From: Promethearchaeota archaeon
GTDB taxonomy: Archaea; Asgardarchaeota; Lokiarchaeia; Sigyniarchaeales; SOKP01
Assembly (NCBI GenBank): GCA_019894975.1
Contig: JAGXNO010000030.1
Coordinates: forward strand, 1 to 45,475
Direction of reading: 5' to 3'
Length of the DNA: 45,475 nt
Position numbers and translations under genes: made by a program. Below, piece by piece: positions 38,685-45,475 of this stretch (positions are counted from its first letter, which is position 1; every line of letters starts with the position of its first letter). The notes under the pieces were generated by a model. The model made no database searches. It was not told the origin of the DNA and was given only the letters and a program-made list of their open reading frames with translations.

Positions 38685-40865
38685 ATGATTATTGCAGAAA
38701 AGAAATATGAAATCCATGAGGTTCAGAAGGGTTATGCTAATAGAACCTTGTATATTAACCTTATTAAAAATGAGATCTCTATAAAACCAGTTACTGACGA
38801 GATGAAAGAAAAATTCATTGGTGGTAAAGGTTTTGATTTATGGCTTATGTGGAATTCTCTTCCAAAAGATCGTATAGTCAAATGGGATGATCCTGAAAAT
38901 GAGATTTGTATTTCTTCAGGTCCATTGGGAGGGAATATTTTTTATCCGGGATCAGGTAAATCAATTGTTACCACAATATCACCTTTAACAGGGATTATTG
39001 TTGATTCAAATGTTGGTGGTTATTTTGGACCTTATTTAAAATTTTCAGGTTTTGATACACTTGAAATCAAAGGAAAATCTCAAGAAGAAGTAATTATATA
39101 TATTGACGGAGTTGAAGGTATTGTTAGGATTGAAGCTGCCAAGAGATATGATGAACTTTCTGAATATTCTCATGAGCTTACTCAACAACTTACAGAAAAA
39201 TTCGCTCAAGATGACAGTGAAAAACAACGAATTTCCATAGTTAGCACTGGTCCAGCTGCAAAAAATTCAAGATGGGGAATGCTCAATTTTTCTTGGTTTG
39301 TTAGAGGAAGAAACTGGGCGTCATCTAAGCAAGCAGGTAGAGGTGGAATAGGTACTGTATTTGCAGATAAAAAAATTAAAGCAATAGTTTGCCGATCACC
39401 AAAAGTTACGATAAAATCAAATAATCCCGATGATTTAGATACTGCTAGAGAGATAGGGAAAGCACATAGTCAAGAAATCATGGAACTAGATCCTGTTCAA
39501 AATGAAATGAGAAGAGTAGGGACAGGACATCTCCCTGATATTATGAATGTTACAGATTTATTACCGACGGAGAATTTTCGTTTTGGTATGCATAAAGAAA
39601 TCAGTGGGAAAGATATTCCTTATAACAGAGAAATAATGAGGGGAATCTATTCTGGAAAGGAAGGTGCTGATGGATGCTGGATTGGGTGCACAGTAAGTTG
39701 TTCACATTACTCTGAAAATTATGAAGTCATGACAGGACCTTTTAAAGGGCAAAAAGTGATTGTGGATGGTCCTGAATATGAAACAATTGCGGGATGTGGA
39801 TCTAATTGGGGTGTTTGGGATCCTAAATGGATATTAGAAGTAAATTTTTATTGTGATACTTATGGTCTTGATACAATAAGCATAGGAACAGGTATTGCTT
39901 TCGTTATGGAATGTTATGAATTAGGTATCTTAAATAAGGACATTACTGGGGGACTAGAGCTAAATTTTGGGAATGCTGAAGCTGCTATGGAAGTAATACA
40001 TCAAATGGCAAAGGGAGAAGGATTTGGTTTAATAGTTGGCCAAGGGATAAAACAAATGAAAAAAATCTTCACTGAAAAATACGGAGCAGAACCAGAGTTT
40101 TTGCAGGACATCGGAATGGAACATAAAGGTCTAGAATTTTCTGAATATGTAACCAAAGAGTCATTAGCTCAACAGGGAGGGTATGGATTTACTAATAAAG
40201 GCCCCCAACATGATGAGGCTTGGTTAATTTTTGAGGATGTCATAAGAAATTCACTTCCTACCTTCGAGGATAAAGCAAAAGCATTACGGTGGTTTCCATT
40301 ATGGCGTACATGGTTTGGATTGTGCGGACTTTGCAAGCTCCCGTGGAACGATATTCAACCCAAAGCTCAAGCAGACCACCCAATTAAAGATCCAAAGACG
40401 GGAGAACTTGTAAGAGCAAAAGTTCCCGATCATGTAGCATGGTATGCGAAATATTTCTCAGCTGTTACAGGACGAAAGTCAACACCAAATGATATTATAA
40501 AAATGTCTGAGGTTGTTTATACTTTTCAGAGAATTTTTAATATACGGCAAGGTAAAGGATTGCGAGAAAATGATAGCAACTTACCTTACAGAGCGATGGG
40601 TCCAGTTTTACCTTTAGAATATGAAAGTCGTGCTGAAAGATACGATGATCAGCTAAAAGAATTAGGATATGAGATCAAGTCAAAATCTACTGAAGAAAAA
40701 ATTAAGATCCTACGAAAATATCGCGAAGAACAATATACAAAACTTCAAGATGCGGTTTATAAAGAACGTGGATGGAATCAAAAAGGTTGTCCAACAATTG
40801 AAAAAGTGAAAGAGTTAGGAATCGATTTTCCTGAAATTCTCAATATTATAAAGCAATATCAATAA
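38685..40865 (+). CDS. Aldehyde:ferredoxin oxidoreductase family (W/Mo-pterin) enzyme
   Basis: FIGGKG, SPLTG, DSNVGG, AGRGG, CWIGCTVSC, GPEYET, DTYGLDTIS, GLCKL, ERGW; ATG 38685 preferred over the track TTG at 38619. Confidence 0.92.
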   Translation: MIIAEKKYEIHEVQKGYANRTLYINLIKNEISIKPVTDEMKEKFIGGKGFDLWLMWNSLPKDRIVKWDDPENEICISSGPLGGNIFYPGSGKSIVTTISPLTGIIVDSNVGGYFGPYLKFSGFDTLEIKGKSQEEVIIYIDGVEGIVRIEAAKRYDELSEYSHELTQQLTEKFAQDDSEKQRISIVSTGPAAKNSRWGMLNFSWFVRGRNWASSKQAGRGGIGTVFADKKIKAIVCRSPKVTIKSNNPDDLDTAREIGKAHSQEIMELDPVQNEMRRVGTGHLPDIMNVTDLLPTENFRFGMHKEISGKDIPYNREIMRGIYSGKEGADGCWIGCTVSCSHYSENYEVMTGPFKGQKVIVDGPEYETIAGCGSNWGVWDPKWILEVNFYCDTYGLDTISIGTGIAFVMECYELGILNKDITGGLELNFGNAEAAMEVIHQMAKGEGFGLIVGQGIKQMKKIFTEKYGAEPEFLQDIGMEHKGLEFSEYVTKESLAQQGGYGFTNKGPQHDEAWLIFEDVIRNSLPTFEDKAKALRWFPLWRTWFGLCGLCKLPWNDIQPKAQADHPIKDPKTGELVRAKVPDHVAWYAKYFSAVTGRKSTPNDIIKMSEVVYTFQRIFNIRQGKGLRENDSNLPYRAMGPVLPLEYESRAERYDDQLKELGYEIKSKSTEEKIKILRKYREEQYTKLQDAVYKERGWNQKGCPTIEKVKELGIDFPEILNIIKQYQ

Positions 40866-40971
40866 TTTTCTCATTCAATTTTCTATTTTGATTTTTTTTT
40901 TAAGCAGTAAAAAATTAATGGTTATCTTATTTTTACTAATCATCAAGCATTAAAATATAAAATATGATAAG

Positions 40972-42231
40972 ATGACAATTTTAGAGGATGCTTTAAAGAA
41001 TAAGACAAATGATAATCTAAAGCGGATTGCTCAAGAAGAAGAGGTTAATATTAAGAAGGTTTGTAAGTCAGTATCAAAAGGTACTGCGGTGATTATCCAA
41101 CGAAAGAATAATAAACCATTGGCTATCGGTTTTCCTTTTAGGACAAAGATCAATGTGAATATTGGAACTTCTACATCATTAGCTAACATTGATAAGGAAA
41201 TAGAAAAGGTGAAAATCGCCGAGAAATTTGGAGCAGACACAATCTCAGATTTATCTATGGGTGGTGATATAAACCTAATTAGGAAGAAAATTATAGAAAA
41301 TTCTACTGTTCCAATAACGACTGTACCTATATATCAAACATTAGTAGAAGCAAACTCAGTCAAGAACATTTCAGAAGATAAAATTTTCAAAACTATCGAA
41401 ACTCAGCTAAAGGATGGCATAAGCTCAGTAGTCATTCATTCTGGATTTTCTCTTGAAGACTTGTTGAAGATGAAAGGAAAAAGAATAATGGGAATGGTCT
41501 CTAAGGGAGGTTCCTATACTGCAGCGTATATGGTAAATAACTCGATTGAAAATCCTTTCTTAAAAAATTTCGATACTCTTCTTGAATTACTTAATGATTA
41601 TGATGCAGTATTAAACTTAGGGAATGCCATGAGAAGTGGATGTATCCATGATGTCATTGATGATTTTCAGCTTTCTGAAATAAAGCTTAATTCTAAGCTA
41701 GCTAAGAGAGCAAATAAAAAGGGAGTTCAGGTAATCATTGAAAGCTTAGGAGGTCATGTGTTAGCAAAAGACATTATAAAATATACGAAATTATTCAAGA
41801 AAATAACAAATAATAGACCTTTATTCGTTGCGGGACCACTTCCTACAGATTTTGCCCCAGGTTATGATCATATTGTAGCAGCTATTGGTGGTACGTTTGC
41901 GGCAGGGTTTGGGGCAGATTATATTTGTGCCATCACTCCCGCTGAACATCTTTCTCTACCTAATGTTGATGATATCAAAACCGGTTTGATTGCGTGTCGC
42001 ATTGCTGCTCACATCGGTGACTCTTTTAAATTTGGATTAAATAATCTTTTTAAAAATGATTTGAATCTTTCTTACCACCGATATCAAAAAAACTGGGAAA
42101 AACAATTTGAATTCAGCATCGATCCTACCGAACCTCAAAAAAGGCATCCTATTAATGAAGAAATATGTACGATGTGTGGGAAGCATTGTGCGTTATCAAT
42201 TTCACAACAGCTTTTTAATAAGAAGCCATAA
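40972..42231 (+). CDS. thiC: ThiC-family radical SAM enzyme (phosphomethylpyrimidine synthase or Bza-type paralogue)
   Basis: TKINVNIGTS, GADT.SDLS, TVPIYQ, GYDHI, TPAEHL, C-terminal CTMCGKHC; several active-site positions deviate (see findings). Confidence 0.8.
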   Translation: MTILEDALKNKTNDNLKRIAQEEEVNIKKVCKSVSKGTAVIIQRKNNKPLAIGFPFRTKINVNIGTSTSLANIDKEIEKVKIAEKFGADTISDLSMGGDINLIRKKIIENSTVPITTVPIYQTLVEANSVKNISEDKIFKTIETQLKDGISSVVIHSGFSLEDLLKMKGKRIMGMVSKGGSYTAAYMVNNSIENPFLKNFDTLLELLNDYDAVLNLGNAMRSGCIHDVIDDFQLSEIKLNSKLAKRANKKGVQVIIESLGGHVLAKDIIKYTKLFKKITNNRPLFVAGPLPTDFAPGYDHIVAAIGGTFAAGFGADYICAITPAEHLSLPNVDDIKTGLIACRIAAHIGDSFKFGLNNLFKNDLNLSYHRYQKNWEKQFEFSIDPTEPQKRHPINEEICTMCGKHCALSISQQLFNKKP

Positions 42232-42277
42232 ATATCACAAAAAATCTTAAATTTATAAACTAAGAAGAAAGGTTTAA

Positions 42278-44362
42278 ATGGAAGATATAAAGAATCATCC
42301 AATATTAGATATTCCCGAAAGGAAGGAGATCAAATTTAATTTTGATGGCAATTCCTTAACTGCTTATGAAGGAATGGTTATCTCTTCTGCTCTTTTCCTT
42401 AATAAAATACAGATTTTTGGTCATCATGTCAAAGACTCAAGCCCTCAAGGTATTTTTTGTGCCAATGGACAATGTTCTCAATGTAATGTAATTGCTAACG
42501 GGATACCCGTTAAGGCTTGCATGACTCCACTTAAAGAAGGAATGATAATAAAAAGTCTAAATGGGCTACCTGAACTACCTGCTGAAGATGAACCTGTAAG
42601 TGTTGGTGATTCGGACATTAGAATTATTGAAGTTCTTGTAATTGGTGCAGGACCAGCAGGTCTCTCAGCAGCTAAACTTTTAGGAGAAAATAAACGTGAT
42701 ACACTATTAATTGATGATAAGGATACACTTGGTGGGAAGTTAATACTTCAAACTCATAAATTCTTTGGCTCTCAGGAAGACGTTTATGCGGGAAAAAGAG
42801 GTATTAACATAGCAGAGATTCTTGGACAGTCAGTTCAAGAATTACAAAATGTTGAAATTTGGCTTAATAGCGTGTGTTTAGCTGTTTTTAGTGATGGTTT
42901 TATCGGAATTCTTAAGAATAATGAAGAATATGTGTTGGTGAAACCAAAATATCTCTTGATTGCAACAGGTGCCAGAGAAAAAATGCTAGTGTTTCCAGGC
43001 AACACGCTTCCAGGAGTATATGGTGCAGGTGCTTTTCAAACTCTTGTCAATCGAGATTTAGTCAAAGCCGCAGAAAAAGTTTTCATCGTTGGAGGAGGAA
43101 ATGTCGGTTTAATTGCAGGATATCATGCTATTCAAGCGGGGATTGAAGTAATCGGTTTGATTGAAGCAATGCCTAAATGTGGGGGTTATAAGGTTCATGA
43201 AGACAAATTAAGACGGTTAGGCATCCCAATTTATACTAAGCACACAATTATTTCTGCAAATGGAGATAAACAGGTTGAATCTATAACGATTGCTCAAATA
43301 AATAATAAATTTAACATTATATCTGGAACTGAAAAAACCTTTGCCTGTGATACAATATTAATAGCTGTTGGTTTAAATCCTGTAGATGAATTTTTTTTTA
43401 AAGCAAAAGAATATGGTTTTAATGTCTGGGTTGCGGGAGATGCTCAAGAAATTGCAGAAGCTTCTGCTGCAATTTTTACAGGTAAAATTGAAGCTTTAAA
43501 GATATTAAAAAATGAAGGAATTAAGATAACAGAAGACCTTGATAAACTTCAAAAATTTTCTGAAGTGATGAAAGAAAAGCCGCCACCCCCAGTTGATGTA
43601 GATATAATCCAGAAAGAAAAAGGAGTTTATCCTGTTTTCTATTGTAATCAAGAAATCCCTTGTAACCCATGTACTTCAGTTTGTCCAAATGAACAAATTG
43701 AAACCGTCGATGATTTAATTACCCAGCTACCATATTTTAAAGGAGAAGAAGAATGTATAGGATGTGGTAAATGTGTTGCTGTGTGTCCTGGATTAGCAGT
43801 TGTATTAAAAGATTATAAAAAAGATAAAAATAATCCATTGGTAACTTTCCCTCTTGAATTATCTGCCAAGAAATTAGAAAAAGACCAAACCGTTATAGTA
43901 GTAAGCAATGATAAAGCATTAGGTGACTTTAAAGTTCATAGAGCACGGATCTTGAATGAATTTCCAAAAACTCAACTAATAACTATTAAATTACCATCAA
44001 AGATCGCTAAACAAGCTGTCGCTGTTAAACTAATTAAAAGTACTTACAACGAACCTATAGATCTGTATCAAAAATCTTATACTGATGATGATACAATAGT
44101 ATGTAGATGCGAACGTGTATCCGTTGGAGAGATCCGTAAGTGGATAAGATCAGGAGTCAAAGATTTTAATGAATTAAAAGCCTTAACCAAAGTGGGCATG
44201 GGTTCATGTGGAGGGAAAACTTGTACTCCGTTAATTAATCGAATATTTCAAGAAGAAGGTATTTCAGGTGAATCAATTACTCCTGGAACAAAACGTCCAT
44301 TATTTATTGAAGTACCACTTGGTGTTTTTGCCAAAGCTAAGATTAAAAAAGGAGGGAATTAA
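42278..44362 (+). CDS. Multidomain FAD/Fe-S oxidoreductase (sarcosine oxidase alpha / proline dehydrogenase alpha-like fusion)
   Basis: 2Fe-2S CANGQCSQC..C; GAGPAG, ATGA, GGGNVG; 4Fe-4S CNPCTSVCP and CIGCGKCVAVCP; BFD-like CRCE..CGGKTC. Confidence 0.88.
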   Translation: MEDIKNHPILDIPERKEIKFNFDGNSLTAYEGMVISSALFLNKIQIFGHHVKDSSPQGIFCANGQCSQCNVIANGIPVKACMTPLKEGMIIKSLNGLPELPAEDEPVSVGDSDIRIIEVLVIGAGPAGLSAAKLLGENKRDTLLIDDKDTLGGKLILQTHKFFGSQEDVYAGKRGINIAEILGQSVQELQNVEIWLNSVCLAVFSDGFIGILKNNEEYVLVKPKYLLIATGAREKMLVFPGNTLPGVYGAGAFQTLVNRDLVKAAEKVFIVGGGNVGLIAGYHAIQAGIEVIGLIEAMPKCGGYKVHEDKLRRLGIPIYTKHTIISANGDKQVESITIAQINNKFNIISGTEKTFACDTILIAVGLNPVDEFFFKAKEYGFNVWVAGDAQEIAEASAAIFTGKIEALKILKNEGIKITEDLDKLQKFSEVMKEKPPPPVDVDIIQKEKGVYPVFYCNQEIPCNPCTSVCPNEQIETVDDLITQLPYFKGEEECIGCGKCVAVCPGLAVVLKDYKKDKNNPLVTFPLELSAKKLEKDQTVIVVSNDKALGDFKVHRARILNEFPKTQLITIKLPSKIAKQAVAVKLIKSTYNEPIDLYQKSYTDDDTIVCRCERVSVGEIRKWIRSGVKDFNELKALTKVGMGSCGGKTCTPLINRIFQEEGISGESITPGTKRPLFIEVPLGVFAKAKIKKGGN

Positions 44363-44364
44363 AA

Positions 44365-45475
44365 TTGGTCGAATATGATGTAATCATCATTGGAGCGGGT
44401 AGTATCGGTGTTCCTACGGCTTTAGCAACGGCAAAAGATGGGCTTAAAACTCTTGTTATTGATTCATTACCTTCTGTTGCCCAAGCTGATAATAAGCACG
44501 CAATAGGTGGTGTAAGAAGCACTCACTCTCATATTGGAAAATCTTTATTATGTCAAAAATCTATAGAAATATTTGCCAATTGGGAAGAAAAATATGGAGA
44601 TGATATATGGTGGAAACAAGGAGGATACACTTTCTTAGCATTTACAGAAGAGGATGTGCAAATACTCAAGAGCACCGTCAAACTCCAAAAAAGCTATGGA
44701 TTAAATATAGATTTCGTTAATGCCCAAAAAATTACACAATTAGTTCCAGGAATAAATGATAAAGGATTGTTAGGAGGCACTTATAGCCCTGAAGATGGAA
44801 ACGCATCTCCCTTATTAACTATTCATTCTATGTATAGAAATTCTACAGTTTTTGGCGCAGAATATAGGTTTAGTGAAAAAGTCATTGATGTTATGATTGA
44901 GAATAGCAAAGTCATTGGTGTTAAAACAACAAAGGGTAATTATAAGGGTTCCTATATTATAAATGCAGCTGGTGCTTACGCCAAGGAAATTGGTAATATG
45001 GTGGGATTAGATCTCCCTATTATACCAGATTCCCATGAAGCAGGAATCACAGAACCTGTAAAAAAGTTCTTTAATACTATGGTTGTTGATATTAGACCAT
45101 GTGTTGACTCCAAATTCGGAAACTCAAAAAACTACTATTTTTATCAAAATAAAGAAGGGAAAATATTATTTTGTCTAACACCGAATCCGAGTATGATAGG
45201 GATAGATAGAAGAGAAACTAGCTCCTTTTTACCTCAAATTTCGAAAAGAATGATACAACTCATACCTCGTTTAAAAAATATCAAAGTAAGGAGAACTTGG
45301 CGCGGTTTATATCCAATGACTTCAGATGGTAATCCGATATTAGGTAAGGTTGATGAAATTGATGGATACATAAATGCAATTGGAATGTGTGGCCAAGGAT
45401 TTATGTTAGGGCCAGGTTTGGGGGAACTTCTTAGTCATCTAGTTACAAAAAGAACCACACCTCAAGACCAAGAGA
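44365..45475 (+). CDS. DAO-family FAD-dependent oxidoreductase (sarcosine oxidase beta / proline dehydrogenase beta-like), runs off the right edge; not in ORF track
   Basis: TTG at 44365 after GGAGGG: MVEYDVIIIGAGSIG...INAAGAYA...RTWRGLYPMTSDGNPILG...GMCGQGFMLGPG. Confidence 0.9.
   Translation, partial: MVEYDVIIIGAGSIGVPTALATAKDGLKTLVIDSLPSVAQADNKHAIGGVRSTHSHIGKSLLCQKSIEIFANWEEKYGDDIWWKQGGYTFLAFTEEDVQILKSTVKLQKSYGLNIDFVNAQKITQLVPGINDKGLLGGTYSPEDGNASPLLTIHSMYRNSTVFGAEYRFSEKVIDVMIENSKVIGVKTTKGNYKGSYIINAAGAYAKEIGNMVGLDLPIIPDSHEAGITEPVKKFFNTMVVDIRPCVDSKFGNSKNYYFYQNKEGKILFCLTPNPSMIGIDRRETSSFLPQISKRMIQLIPRLKNIKVRRTWRGLYPMTSDGNPILGKVDEIDGYINAIGMCGQGFMLGPGLGELLSHLVTKRTTPQDQE

Noticed and set aside
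1623-41240. Numerous 60-130 aa ORFs nested in or antisense to long genes (e.g. 3336..3698, 16114..16497, 34052..34372, 38263..38490)
   Set aside because: They fully overlap well-supported genes and show no motifs
1-45475. CRISPR arrays, tRNA/rRNA, IS elements or integrases, selenoprotein UGA/SECIS, pyrrolysine UAG read-through
   Set aside because: By manual reading I found no regularly spaced repeats, GC-rich structured RNA, transposase motifs, or in-frame TGA/TAG splitting a recognisable domain

Overview
AT-rich (roughly one-third GC by eye), gene-dense archaeal chromosomal segment. The gene content and signals point to an Asgard archaeon, probably Lokiarchaeia: three stand-alone SCP2-like genes, a longin-like remnant, GGTGA/GGAGG ribosome-binding sites, TATA boxes about 22-24 nt before leaderless starts, and oligo-T ends. 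This assignment is inference, not proof. The window is almost entirely metabolic. (i) A glycan/fucose block: two GH29 alpha-L-fucosidases, Fe- and Zn-dependent alcohol dehydrogenases, a LamG protein with a large unknown domain, and a GPH-type MFS transporter. (ii) A loosely clustered set of TCA/reverse-TCA enzymes: SdhA/SdhB with no membrane anchor, a 2-oxoacid:ferredoxin oxidoreductase alpha/beta pair, SucCD, a two-subunit ATP-citrate lyase, and isocitrate dehydrogenase. (iii) A thiolase-like/DUF35/SCP2/SDR operon whose thiolase lacks the catalytic Cys. (iv) An accessory stretch: an orphan, a URO-D-family gene broken by an in-frame TAA, a pelota-like protein lacking its N-domain, and an Imm5-like gene. 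(v) An ArcE/COG2403-like ATPase, an AOR-family oxidoreductase, a divergent ThiC/Bza-family radical SAM enzyme, and a sarcosine-oxidase/proline-dehydrogenase-like pair. The ORF track misses both edge genes, the true start of the lipoamide-dehydrogenase-like gene (apparently ATT), and a pseudogene between sdhA and sdhB. I saw no rRNA, tRNA, CRISPR array or mobile element.
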